Below are positions 25,796-39,563 of a DNA stretch of 64,000 bases, one piece after another. The notes under the pieces were generated by a model. The model worked only from the letters and a program-made list of their open reading frames with translations, ran no database searches and was not told the DNA's origin. Positions within the stretch are counted from its first letter, which is position 1. Every line of letters starts with the position of its first letter. Origin of the DNA: Octopus sinensis (Eukaryota); contig NC_043000.1 of the NCBI RefSeq assembly GCF_006345805.1, positions 158,038,001-158,102,000 on the forward strand. Reading direction: 5' to 3'. The position numbers and the translations under genes are program-made.

Positions 25796-27854
25796 CATTA
25801 ATGTGTGTATTTCATTGCATTTTTAATACTATTAGTATTCCATTATTCTGTGTATGTTTACGCGTAGTGAAAATTTACGCTCATCTCATTCACAGTATTT
25901 TCATCCTTTAAAATTTGTTACATGCAAAATGAAAATGAAGCGAAGCTGCGTGATATGTATACATTTAATGGCAATGTAATCTTAGTATTACTTAAGCTGA
26001 AATGAATTTGTAAAGGTGTATTTACCGTTTTTAAAGCAATGAAATATTAATTCTTAATAGAATGCCAGCAAATCATACAAAAGTTAAAAATTTTAAATTT
26101 GAATCATACAGCTACAAATAAAATATTGCAAATCACTGGTAAACACAATGTGCATTTATTATTTTTAAAAATAATGAATAAATGAAGAATATTAACTTAA
26201 AAAATAGACAACGAAGCATTAACTGTAATAATAAGAGCTAATCCTGCAGCGGGAAAGGTTTCAACTGAAAACATTGTTAGTAGGTGAAAATGCTTAAAAC
26301 AAAATATTATTAGTATTAAAGTAACCAGAAGGAAACAGATACCATTGATGATGATGTGTAAGATAAAAGACAATTACGACTTTTGAATGGCTTACACCTC
26401 ACATAAATAGTAATTGACGTTGCAAGTATGTTCGGACAGGCAAATGTTTATGAAATAGAAATTTGAATGAGAGGTTATTTGTTTATGCATGCGCAGAATC
26501 TGCAGTCCGATCATAGAAACTTGACTTCGGTTGAGAGCGGTATAAAACAGGCTGCTGTTTTTCATTGTGTATGCATTACCTGAAATCCATAATAGGCAAC
26601 TATTCCTTAAAATAATAACGAAAATATATATTATAGAATTTAAGAAAGGCTTGATATTGGAAAACTTCACTAAACCCTAATTTCCTAATTTTGTTTAGAC
26701 ATTGTTACCCAAGGTGCCACTTCCAGCACAATTCTTCGGCGAACAGCATGCGTTTGCTCATTAGTTCTGAAGAAGAAATCAAGTCGATTATTCAATCTGA
26801 GATTGATTAACCGTAATTGCGGAAGTCATTCAATATGGAAAATGGGATCTTGAATAGGGTGAATAGGAAAATGGTGACCGGTCATTGTTAACTACTGTCA
26901 AAGCGACGCTCTCCAAGATGTTCACCTCTATCAATGTGACATTCAGTCATACTTTTATATAAGAGGTTGTTTCTTTCTCACATATATTGATAATTTCCCC
27001 ATTATAAAATTACCAGTGGCTTTGTCCATTTTAGTAATTTGCAACGTCTAATTAGCTCCCAACAAAATTTCATTTACGTGTTCTCAGTCCTTCGATACAG
27101 CTGTAGTCACGAAATATTATCAACATCTCTCTATTATCATTAATACTACAAACAAAATCTGTGTGAAAATTAATTTCTATATTGCAAATTGATGGTTACA
27201 GCATATGTAGACAAACTCGTGTATAGATGCTGTAACCAATAATTCCCCCTGCGGATGTCCACTGGAAATGCTTTGTGTATTCCTTTGAAGATTTTCTATC
27301 TTTGTTGCCATCTTCTTTGAGACGTCGTCGTCTGTAAGGATTGAGTAATCTACCCTTCAAAATGGCTTCCAACTGTTCTGGATTATTCCGTGGAGACTAT
27401 AGAAACAAACATAATGAAATCGCCTACAGTGTGATGGTTATCTTTTTGTCACAGGATTATAAACACATGTGAATATGGATAGCCTGTCTTCAGAAGCTCA
27501 ATCAAATATATCGAACGTACGAATTTCTCTTTAATATGTCCTAACTCTTTGAACTGAATTGTAGGAATCCTAACACGCCAGTCGTAGACTTTTCACGCTG
27601 CTGCAGACGTGCAAAAATTTCAGAACAATTTGTATTATATGGGAATGTAAAGAGCAGAAAGAATTCCCACGACATGTGTGAATAAATAAACAATACGAAT
27701 CGATTCCTGTAACAATATTATTTTTGTACAATCTATCTATCTACCGTTCACACACGCATACACACATGTGGTATGTATATATATATATGTGTGGGTGTCT
27801 GTGTGTGTAATATAATATCTTCACACACACACACGCAAGTTCGCAAATAGGCAA

Positions 27855-27888
<34 letters not shown>

Positions 27889-28049
27889 TACTGTTCATTC
27901 CGGGTCTGTGACAGTATAAACATGAGGATGTGGATACGTTCTGTGCTTACAAATATTGAAGTAATGTAATGTTGAGTTCGCTGAAAACGTGAGTCTGAGT
28001 TCCACTGATTTTATTGAGTCCTAGTTTATTCACCTACTCGTATGTATGC

Positions 28050-28111
<62 letters not shown>

Positions 28112-28115
<4 letters not shown>

Positions 28116-28293
28116 AAATATTATTAGAGACAAAACCACTATTTTGCAAAACAAACAAGGAAAGACTTTCCTTGTTTGTTTTGCAAAATAGTGGTTTTGT
28201 CTCTAATAATATTTTATAATATTTTACTATAAAATTGGATTTAATCCTAAATCTGATTTTTTCCCTGTAAATTTGGATTTATTCCCTAATATT

Positions 28294-28295
<2 letters not shown>
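28112..28295. mobile_element. Short fold-back copy of the 39555-39955 Penelope-like element
   Basis: 53-bp inverted arms centred on 28165, followed by the same unmirrored ~77-bp tail as 39877-39955; (TA)n on both sides. Confidence 0.75.
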
Positions 28296-28387
<92 letters not shown>

Positions 28388-28389
28388 AT

Positions 28390-28600
28390 GATGTGACAGC
28401 GTCTGTATCGTTGGCGTTTTTTTCCCTCCGTCTTCCGTCCTTGGATCTTTCCTTTTCCTATGCTTCTGAAGAAGAGCTCCGCTCAAAACGTTGAATCCTC
28501 CTTCTTTCTTTCCTTTCCCGAGTGTCCAATAACACTATACTTGTTCCACGTCCTCGCGTTGTTGTGGTTTCTCTTTGTGTTTTCATGTTTAGATTAACTT
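28390..28600 (+). mobile_element. Penelope-like short element with degenerate hammerhead
   Basis: CTGAAGA-A-GAGC-TCC-GCTC-AAAAC-GTT at 28466-28492 (GAAAC reads AAAAC). Confidence 0.45.
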
Positions 28601-29417
28601 CATATATATATGTTTGTTTGTATGCTTTTGTGCTCATGTATTTTTATTTTGAGGTGTGTTCACATCTCTATGCTCACACGTGTGTTTATGCACTGGTGTG
28701 TATGAGTGTGCCCGTCCGTACACTCAAGTATAACCTTCTTAAATACTTTCGTATAAATATCTTAAATCCAGGTGAGCTTAAGCGTTTAAAATGTGATGAA
28801 CCTTTCAACATGCTATTGTTCTCTGTCTCAGACTTACTATTTCATTTTAATTGTAAGAAATAATTTTTTTTGCCGGAAATACGTGTATTTCAGCCTAAAA
28901 GCAAATTCTGAGATTGTGTTGCTGTATTTAGCGCGTTTTATCTCGCTTCATTTGAAGGAATCCTATTGAAATTCACATTTCCTTATGAATTTTTATGCAA
29001 ATGTAATATACTGGTGTCGATTTAATTTTATTTGATAATCTCTTCGATAAATTTATTGTAAATGAATACTATATAATAAAAATGCACGCAAGAATCATTC
29101 AGAAATTATTTGTTATACATGAACATTTAATCTTCTGTTTAACTTAGGTTATTAGGTAGATCTTTCATCAAAATATGTCTATTCGGAGAAGTTCGTGTAT
29201 TTCCGAAATGTTTTTTTTATTTTATCAAAGACCACATTATTTTGTGCTTTTTATTTGTGAAGGGAATATTGTGTGATTTAAGGACAGCTGAATTATAAAA
29301 CATGAGGTGACAACTTAATTGCTCACGTATTGATACATTTATTCTGTGCACTATCTTATATAAATAAATTTTGGAGGTGACTTCGTCTTTCGTGTGAATG
29401 AAGTCGATAGAACTTAC

Positions 29418-29489
29418 CTGTGATTAAATTGTTGCGTACTATCATCAAATGTCTCTCTTTCCGTGAACAAGTAATTGGCGTCGTTTCAA
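29418..29489 (-). CDS. Candidate 72-nt host exon; phase 0 reads LKRRQLLVHGKRDI*
   Basis: Minus-strand acceptor TATTATTTCAG| and donor CAG|GTAAGT in non-repetitive DNA. No homology recognised. Confidence 0.25.
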
Positions 29490-30789
29490 CTGAAATAATA
29501 ATGGATAATACTTTCGTACGTCAAATCTAGTTCAAGCCAAGCAAAGTTTCTTTTAAAACATTCTGTTATTGTCTGTGTAATATAATGTCCAAAGCAATTT
29601 TATAGGAAACGATACATAACATGATACAATTATGCTCCTTGCGTTTTTTGCCAAACTTATTGCGTTGTATTTCTTAGTACCCTACCAATTTTCTTATCAC
29701 TAGAATTGGGTTCACTAACATTTTCCACCATATTTTTTTACGTAGTTGAAATTATATTGCTGCTTTAGGATTTCTGTCACTTAGTCTCCACCTGCGTTCA
29801 TAACTTCATAAGTTATTATTTCCGTTGCTGGCTCTTTCCCAAGTTTATTCCGAAAATAAGCTGTCATCAATGAGAAAGAAAACTACAAACGAAAACTGAA
29901 AGAAATATTTCCTCGAAGGAAACATTTACAATACATTTTGATTCAGAAGAGAAGAGATGTTTAAGTAAAAGATCTACGAAATAAGATAAAAACTGAAACT
30001 GCATCAGGTGATGCTGTTGCAAAAATGTCTAGATATGTAAGGTATTAGAATCAAAGAATGTTTTCATTCAAATTTCAAGTAAATTCATACGAAAAATATA
30101 TGAATGCTAGAGTCTATACGACAATACCGACAATGAAAGTTACGACAATAAAAAAATAACAATGACTTAAATCTATCAACAATAAACATTTATCGACATA
30201 GAAAAAATTATCTAAACAGAATGATATCTATAGAAACAGAGTAAGAATAGTAAAAATTTAAGAAGTAAAATAATATAGTTATGACGAAATAGAATGCCGT
30301 GGAGGTTTATCACTGTTCATTTGAATGCTAGAATAGAGATTAAAAGGAAAAGGATGAGAATCGCCGTCAAATCTTTCAAGTGAATAAGAAATATATAAAA
30401 TATGAAAGAAGATCTTATAACAAGAAGACTCAAAATTATAATATTCCAAATAAAGAGTCTTGTACCAAGTTATATCAGTATATTTGTTCTCATAGCAGGT
30501 ATTGACTTATATCACAGCGAAATATATGTGCCTCCTAATAGCACCCTACAGCTCCATTAGTCGTATATGCCGACAGGAAATAATTCACCAATCATAGTGC
30601 AGCAGCAACTTATGCTTGGTAAATTCACAGAAATGGGCTTAACACAGCCAATCAGATATGAAGAAACAAATAAAAACATTTACCTTCAATATGCCTTAGT
30701 TAAATCGCCGCAAAGGTTCAGTTTTGTTCGGAAGTTATGATTATGAACCATTTTGTCTATGTATCTTACTATAAAATATTTAAAGAATA

Positions 30790-31220
30790 AATATCTAGGT
30801 TGTTATTGTATGGGGCTAAGACATGGCGAACATCAGTTAAGTCAAATAAGCAAATACAATCGTTCATCAACTGATGCTTGCGTAGTATACTTAAAATTAG
30901 ATGGCCCGAACACATAAGCAATAAGGGGCTATGGCAAAGAACAAATAAAGTTTCGATTAGGGGGCAAATATTTAAGAAAAAGTGGAAGTGGATTGGTAGC
31001 ACAATTAGAAAAGACACACCAAATGTAGCGAAAAGTGATTTACAGTGGAAACCGGATGGATATAGAAGGAGAGGTAGCATTAAGATCTCGTGACGGCGAT
31101 CAACACAAAAGGAACTAGAGAAAGGGGGACATTCATGGCAGAGTATAAATACAGAAGCCAAAAATTATGCAACATGGAATTCAACTATAAGTGGCCTATA
31201 CTCCTCATTGGAGTGTTAAA
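30790..31220 (+). mobile_element. RTE-clade LINE 3' fragment
   Basis: LLYGAKTW..CLRSILKIRWPEHISNKGLW..KKWKWIG..LQWKPDGYRRRG, the typical RTE post-RT region. Confidence 0.85.
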
Positions 31221-32443
31221 GGCATAAAGAAAATTAAAGAAGAAATATCTAGGTTCTACGAAATAAAGAATAATATAAATATAATAACAGACATATCTTA
31301 AAATAAAAAAGGAAACTAGCAATTATATTTCACTGGAACTTATTCTATAATGACGGTCGTTGCACTAAATCAGGGCACGGCAAACGACTGTCATCATCAA
31401 TTAAATTACTTTAGAAAGTTTTGACTACATCTTTATTATATTGATGAAAGTGTTACAAGTGGCAATTTCATAGTGAAACGAAATTTCTACATTGATTTGA
31501 TTTCTGATTGTAAACATCTCACATGCTACTTTATTGCATTTGGAAAAGACATACAATTATAAGTGTAATCCATTTAATGTTGAATTAATTCTTAGTGGAT
31601 ATCTGAATGTTTCGGTGATTGATGCTGCTTACTGTACATAGGATAAACAACTACGTATGCTCATTATAGACATCTTTCATTTTCTATTAATACGTTCTGA
31701 GTTAGTAAACAGTACAAATGTTTTAGCATTCACAAAGATTTTCTGCAGATATTTTTGATAACTGTAGATAACAATCACCAGTCTTACTTTAAAGTTGACA
31801 ACGTTATTTCGCGTATGCATTTCATAGATCATGTGTGTATGTCTATACGTATCTATCCAGCTCTCCGTCATTTACTTTCGATATACACAGATGCATGTTT
31901 GACTGTGTTTACTTCTCTTTCTCTGTGTTCAATTGCTTTCCATTTTTCTCTCGTTGTTTGCGTATTTAATTCTTTGTCTATGCATTTCATGTTTTTTGCA
32001 GTTAGTGACGTCATGTACCTATATATGCATATAAATACATACATACATCTATACATACATATATATATATATATATATAATAATATATATATATTATATA
32101 TATATATAATATATATATAATATATATTTATATATATACATACATATATATCTATATAATATATATATGTACATATATATATATATATATTATATATATA
32201 TTATTTATTATACATACACACGTACATACACAGATGCATACATATCCGCACACACACAGATACACACACACATACACACACATACACACATATATGCATA
32301 TGCACACAGATCAGCAGATCTTATGCACTAAAGCTGCAATCGCCAGACGACGCTGCTTCAAACACTACATAAACCAGGTATAACATCTGGAAACGGCTTC
32401 TCTCCCACTCCCTCTCTCTGACATATAAACAATATATATTTAT

Positions 32444-32502
<59 letters not shown>

Positions 32503-33184
32503 TCAGTAGAGAAATAGATAGTCTGCAGCAGCAAAATATCTAAGCGTACAGAGTCGTCAACGAACTGCCAAACACCATATTCAATGTCCTTCAAATGTCG
32601 AATACATAAATCTTAATAAGACGGTATACAAACTACAGCTATAAATAATCATAGCTCTCTGTTCAATTCTGTTAGTTTAAAATACGTATGTGTTTGCAGT
32701 CATGAGCACTAATGAAAGGCTTAAACTGTACAACATCTATATATATACGCTCAATTAGATACGGCAATTTATGATTGATAGTCTTGTTAGTGTAGCTTTG
32801 ATATCCAGCTTTTAAAAGATTTGAACCATTTATGTATTTATAAAATATTCAGACATCATTCTTGGTCGTTAAACTGTTTAAAAGTCTATTTCAATATCTC
32901 CATATGTTGCTAAATATTGATTTCGTACATTTATATGAATGCATGAGATTTATAAAGCCGAAGAAATTAAATTAGGTGACGTAGGTGCTTTTCTCGTCAG
33001 CATTAGGAAAATACGGTAAAACTGAGGGTATTGAGGTAGTTATAATACTTGCACAATGAATACGATATGTTACGCTATAAATTGCCTATATTTCTGATTA
33101 AAGCCTCAAAAAAGAAGTTAAAGACTTTACCATTTATTTACATGAGGTCGATCAAATATGGTTACCAGTGGTTTAGTAGAGAAA

Positions 33185-33417
33185 TATGTTTTCTTATTAC
33201 CCACAAGGGGCTAAACATAGAGGGGACAAACAAAGACAGGCAAACGAATTAAGTCGATTACAACGACCCCAGTGTGTAACTGGTACTTAATTTATCGACC
33301 CCGAAAGGATGAAAGGCAAAGTCGACCTCGGCGGAATTTGAACTCAGAACGCAGCGGCGGACGAAATACCACAAAGCATTTCGCCGGGCGTGCTAACGAT
33401 TCTGTCAGCTCTCCGCC
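33185..33417 (-). mobile_element. SINE group B, head plus one unit
   Basis: Reverse complement of 3381-3615. Confidence 0.8.
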
Positions 33418-33594
33418 TTTGTTTAGCAGACAAATAGTATTGAGTAAAGATTATCCGAAACTTGAGACTTACAAGAGGCCCATTCCAGAAGTTTTGAGAC
33501 TTCTTAGAGAGACATTTATTCATTTCAAAAAGTACAAAGCTCTAATGTCTTTCAAAGAGGACTCTCTAATTTAAATGCACTTGTAGCGTTTCAC

Positions 33595-34500
33595 TCACTT
33601 CGTGGAGGCTCCATGGAAGTCCTCTAATCTAAAGGTGTCCAGGACCCTTGTAACAGACTCCTTCAACTTCTCAGTGTCTTCAAAATGACTGACACTGAGG
33701 TTCTCCTTCAGTTTGTAGAACACACATAAGTCACATGGAGTAATGTCTGGACTGTAGGCAATGCAAGGAAAAGATTTTATGCCCAGCCCTGTCATGTAGT
33801 TGGCGATCAGAATGAAAATGTGGAGTGATGCATTGTCCTGGTGTAGCTGCCGCCGATGCGGATAGAAGAGCTCTGACATTTTGCGACGAAATCGTTTTAA
33901 AACTAAATTAAAACCTCCACGAAGTACTCTCTGCAGCACTTCTAGCAGGAGGAAGGCCAGTGAATGTAGATTATACTTTGCTGTCGGAAAAGGGGATAGT
34001 CATGAGCTTTCCGGTGAACTTGATTTGCCTTGCCCTCTTCGATCTGCAAAAAAACCACGATTGTTCCATCGGACACTCTATTATCTCTGAACCATAACAG
34101 TAGATCCAGCTTTCATTATAGGTGATTTAAGTATTCTTAGATTGGAGGTAAAGAACTCAACCAGCCGACACCAAAGCATCTTTCTTTCCCTCCATCACTG
34201 AAGACCCTTGGGGGAATTTTTCACGAATTTTGTGCAAATTCAGATCTTTATGGATAATTTTGTGTATAATTTCCACACTAACTCCAAATTCTACGATTAT
34301 TTTCTTCATAAAAACAGGACGGTCTTTATCGAGAATTTTCTCATCTAGCTCTGATATTGTGATGTCCCTCTTTGTCTCACACCACTCATCATGTTTTAAT
34401 CCCTCTTCTTTGCAGCGAAAAAAAAAACAGATGCGCGGCTCATACAACTTAATTCATTCTGGGGCATTTCATAAAGTTCTTCCGCGTCTTTGAAGTGCGT
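33595..34500 (-). mobile_element. Decayed mariner (DD34D) transposon
   Basis: LHQDNAS..AYSPDITPCD..KLKENL (cf. HDNA, YSPDLAPSD); upstream HTH-like IAVEFGVS-type segment (IIVEFGVSVEIIHKIIHKDLNL). Confidence 0.85.
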
Positions 34501-35234
34501 AGCACAAAATATTATTGCATAGCAAGCCTGCACATTGTGTTCATGTCTCGACTACATTGTGCAAAGTAGTCAACTGTGACCAACTGTGTTTAGTAGAGTG
34601 TGTTCCAAGTGCTGTTAAAAACCGTTTACTTCAATCTAGAATAAAAATGTCTACAGTTCATTTGATTTGGCGTATATCAATGATATACTAATATTACTAT
34701 AATTTAGGACAGATATGAATGCGTCCTTTAATAGAAGTCTGACACTTTCTGAAATGCACCTCGCACGTTCAATTTTCTGCCCCAACTGTTCCTCAGTTCT
34801 GCAAATCCCTTCTCTACTGTACGTAATAAGCTGGAATATAACAGAAAACATCGCTTTATTTTGCCATGAATGTAAAAATATCAGGGGTAATTTGATGCCG
34901 TTTAAGATTAATCAGATATTGTTTTATTCATTTGAAAATTTACCAGACGGATGTAAAATTGTGGAACTGATATCAAAAGGGAAACTGCAATGTGGGTTGC
35001 TACCATTTAATTATATATTTCTGAACGTATAAACAATTTCTGTTCGACGTCAAAAAGCTACTGCAGGTGAAGACATTCAAAAGTTGTAATACAACAGCTT
35101 AAGTATTGTAGGACATTTAAGTATTCATTTCAATGTAAGTAGATGTGAAATAGCTTATTGCTAAGAGGATCGAGATAAATATCTCTTTGTATTGCATGGT
35201 ATTTGTTTGCTATTATTTATTTAGGAGGAAGTCA

Positions 35235-35489
35235 TTATAGTAGGTTGCCTGAGACTGTCGTATTAAGATGGTGAATGTCCAGCTTCGATGATGACTGCTG
35301 TAGAACGTGGACCAGAAAATGGTTGTAGATGGTAGATATCTTCCTAAGCATATGGTCGGGAGACAGCGTTGAGATGACGAGCCGTGGATATATTGGGTGG
35401 AATGAGTTATTATGGTATGTAATTATCTCGTTTATTTCAGATGTTGTTTCAGCAGACATAGAGTAAACGCACGCACACACACACACATG

Positions 35490-35526
<37 letters not shown>

Positions 35527-36560
35527 CAAAAGAGAGAAAGAGAAAGGGAGAGCGTTGTATCTCGTAATTTTGAATTGAGTTGATGACTGAGTTGCGTTTT
35601 ATTCAGCTGGATGGATTTTTGTGATACAGTTTACGATATGTATGTATTTAGAAAGGCCATCTTCTAGAAGTGGTATAATATTTTGTCATGGCCCACTAGA
35701 ATCAAAGTATTTTCTGGCCCCAAAACGGGTGTCTAGATTTTGGAAATAGTTGTTCGATAGTACTCCTAAAGATTGAGAGATCTGTAGTTTGTAAATACTT
35801 CGATCTTTATGTATTGCCAAAAAGTAGAAAGTAACTTTTTGATATGTGCCATGATTATGCGTTTTGGCTGCTGAAGGAATCAAAGTTATTATATTCTCAT
35901 TAGAGAATATCTTCAAAGTGTCTGTTGAACGGAATTTTATACTTTTGGAGTAAGATGTTCTATAGATGAGATCTGCGTGTTGAAGATTCGTTAGGTCAAT
36001 GCATGATATCGTCTGCATATGAGTGACTGTTCTTACAATCACAACACGAAGGTGATTGATGATCAAGAGAAAGCATATCGGAAACGCAATCAAAGCATCA
36101 AGGACACTAGAGTTAGTAGCCTGTAAATCAGATGTGGATCCGTCATGGCGGGCTGTGGAAACTTTATTCTTCAATGGATGAGAGACGGAAGAAGCTGTTA
36201 GTGGAAAGGTGGTGTATAACATTTTCGTGCTTTATACATTGAGATTCATTACTGATGAAGATCAAACACTTTGATTTCGCAGAAAAATCTTACCTAGGTA
36301 TGAATATTGGGGATCGATAATGAGGATATCAAAGACTATGGATGCTATGTTAGTGGCGGCGGAGGAGAAATCGTGATTCGCAATATCGTAAGGAATGGCT
36401 CAATAATTTTTGTCTTTAGTTTTGTGGTGTTAAGTGTGAGACCGATCGATTTATAGTTTGCAGGGTGGCACATATTGCTATTCTTTGCGTCAGGCCATGC
36501 AATTACCTGTTATTTTTTCAGCTGCACAAATGCAAAGTATTGCATCGTAATTGAATAATT
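35235..36560 (-). mobile_element. Highly decayed Penelope-like reverse transcriptase remnant
   Basis: MLYTTFPL (cf. SLYTNIP), SNNYFQ (cf. NNYFQF) and TYHNNSFHP..RLVISTL (cf. YLNFNSHHP..R.VI.TL) occur in the expected order. By-eye similarity only. Confidence 0.45.
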
Positions 36561-37977
36561 TTGGTAAACTTGTCAAAATTAGACCATCTAACACTACATA
36601 TTTCGGAAGTGATGTATAGTCGAATGCAACACTGGACTACTACTTATAAATCTGAAATAATTTGGGGTCGTAATTTAGCTTCAATACGATTGGAAATCTG
36701 AACTCAAAATTTAAGTAGATATCATTATATAAAAACAAAGGCGATCTACCAACACTTCTTTAATAACGCCACTCATATAGTGGGGTGTTGTCGATAATAC
36801 TGGAGGAAATATCGTATCCATCCCAAAATTTGAATGCAACTTGTTATGTAGATATAACAAGTTGCAGTAGTCCATTTTGTTTGACGATCTACCAATATTG
36901 ATATTCTGACAGCCTCAATAGAGAGCTCATTGTTTCAAATTTCGCCACAATCCCAGCAATCTGATACTTTATATATTCTATCGGCTTGGAAAAGGATCGA
37001 TAAAATGAAGTACCAGTCATGTGGGTGAGATTTGAACTCAGGATGTATAGAGTCGAAATAAATACTGCGGAGCGGTTTTTCGGATGCTCTAACGATTATG
37101 CTTGCAATAGTCATTACACCAAGAATACTGCAGAAATACTGGTTTCAAATTTTGGCACAAGGCCAACGATTTAAGGGGAGAGTTATAGTCGATTATGTCA
37201 ACCCCAGAGCTCAATTCATACTTATTTTATTGGTCTGAGAAATGGAATGTCAAAGTCGGCCTCGTGGAATTTGTACTCAGGACGTAAGGACGAACGAAAC
37301 GTCGCTATGTATTTTTCTAGGCATGCTAACTATTCTGCCAGCTCTCCACCTTGTACTCTAGAGATACTGAATGTTGACATGAAAACATGTTTTCCTTGCT
37401 TTTCTCGGTGGTATTAGAAATAAATATAATGATTATCAATGATGTAAAACTAACATAGATGTTACAAAGATATTACACATACTGTTTTCTTTTGACAGTA
37501 AGAATTACATGGCGTATTTTTACAGGAGATGAGAAATGGGATGTTATTATAAATTGTTCGTATACTGCTAAGGGCATAACTGGTATAAATAAAAGCAAGA
37601 TAAAACAAGACTACCGGATTTATTCAGAATAAAAATTAGCCCGGGAAATCGACAGTTAAGGAACCTTCACAATATAGGGGAAGATCTCGCTTAAAAGTAC
37701 TAAGAATAATCATCATTTTTTTCTATGCTTTTTTGGACATGGGAGATGGAAATTGCTTAAAACTTCTCCTTTACAAACGCATCAGCATTTGAGGTGGAAT
37801 AAACATTTTCAAACTATAACTTCATACAAGGCACAATCTAAGATTTCTTGGGATTTATCACTAACACTATAGTATATAACAATGTATACTTTATGTAATA
37901 TTATTGCACCGAGTGATTGATTCGAGGAGCAGTGATGTCAAACACAAAAACGCAGTCGGGAACGTCATATCATTATA

Positions 37978-38144
37978 TAGGAGTGGCTGTGTGGTAAGCA
38001 GCTTGCTAACCAACCACATGGTTCCGGGTTCAGTCCCACTGCGTGGCATCTTGGGCAAGTGTCTTCTGCTATAGCCCCGGGCCGACCAATGCCTTGTGAG
38101 TGGATTAGGTAGATGGAAACTGAAAGAAGCCTGTCGTATATACG

Positions 38145-38179
<35 letters not shown>

Positions 38180-38387
38180 TTGTGTGTCTGTGTTTGTCCC
38201 CCTGGCATTGCTTGACAACCGATGCTGGTGTGTTTACGTCCCCGTTGCTTAGCGGTTCGACAAAAGAGACCAATATAATAAGTACTGGGCATACAAAGAA
38301 TAAGTCCCGGGGTCGATTTGCTCGACTAAAGGCGGTGCTCCAGCATGGCCGCAGTCAAATGACTGAAACAAGTAAAAGAGTAAAGAA
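37978..38387 (+). mobile_element. SINE group A
   Basis: Full-length match to 19633-20036. Confidence 0.85.
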
Positions 38388-39109
38388 TATACTATAATGT
38401 AATTCCTCAGTCATGACAGCTATATGAAAGCTGTACATGTAATTGTAATTCGTAATGTTGCCAGAGTGTTAATCAATAGAAATAATAAGGATATCAAAAA
38501 ATGATATCGTGATTTAAATGTTGATGTTGGAAATATTAAAGATGCGAATGTAATTGTAATGATATTAATGTTGCAAGACTTGTTAGAACATAGCTGTGAA
38601 GATATCAATATTACTATGGTGATAATATTATTGGCAAATATACATACATATAAGTATATATGTATATATGTATATATGTAGAAAGAGATGGAGAGAGAGA
38701 GAGAGAGAGAGATGGAGAAGGGGAGAGAGAGAGGGGGGAGAGTGAAAGAGAGAAAGCGAGACTGCAACCTCTCTCACGAATATATTTATGTATATATGCA
38801 AACATATTAGATACGCTAATATGTCTTTACAGTAATAGCAACATACTGAAATAAAGAGAGGTGCTTTCACATATACGTTCATACACGACTCAACAGATAT
38901 ACATAAGAGTAGGAGAAACGAGTACGGTAACATAAAAAAAATGAAGCCATCTGTGGTATCAGTGTTGCTATGGTGATATCTCTGTCACGAGGAACTAGCT
39001 AAGGTGGAGAAATTAATGTTAACACGGCGTCTTTATATATCACATTGCATAAACAAAATAACTTATCCGTACACACGAACACACAAACATCAGTCCATAC
39101 ATACTAATA

Positions 39110-39277
39110 TATGTTTATATATATATATACACATATCTATACACATACATATATATATGCATACATATATGTATGTATACATGTATATACATATATATAT
39201 ATATATGCATACACACCGCGCGGTGGCAATCACACACTCACAGAAACATATATATATATGTATATGTGTATACACTC

Positions 39278-39326
<49 letters not shown>

Positions 39327-39333
39327 ATATATA

Positions 39334-39399
<66 letters not shown>

Positions 39400-39524
39400 T
39401 ATATTTATACATATATATATATATATGTATATGTGTATACACTCATATATATATATACATATATACATATATAATACACATATATATATACATATATTCA
39501 TATATACATATACATATATATATA

Positions 39525-39555
<31 letters not shown>
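39110..39555. repeat. Long compound (TA)n/(CA)n microsatellite region
   Basis: Seen directly; source of the poly-YI ORFs. Similar (TA)n tracts at ~6.2, 6.8, 7.4, 10.6, 11.6, 16.3, 28.3, 32.1, 45.3, 54.4, 57.0 and 60.6 kb. Confidence 0.95.
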
Positions 39556-39563
<8 letters not shown>

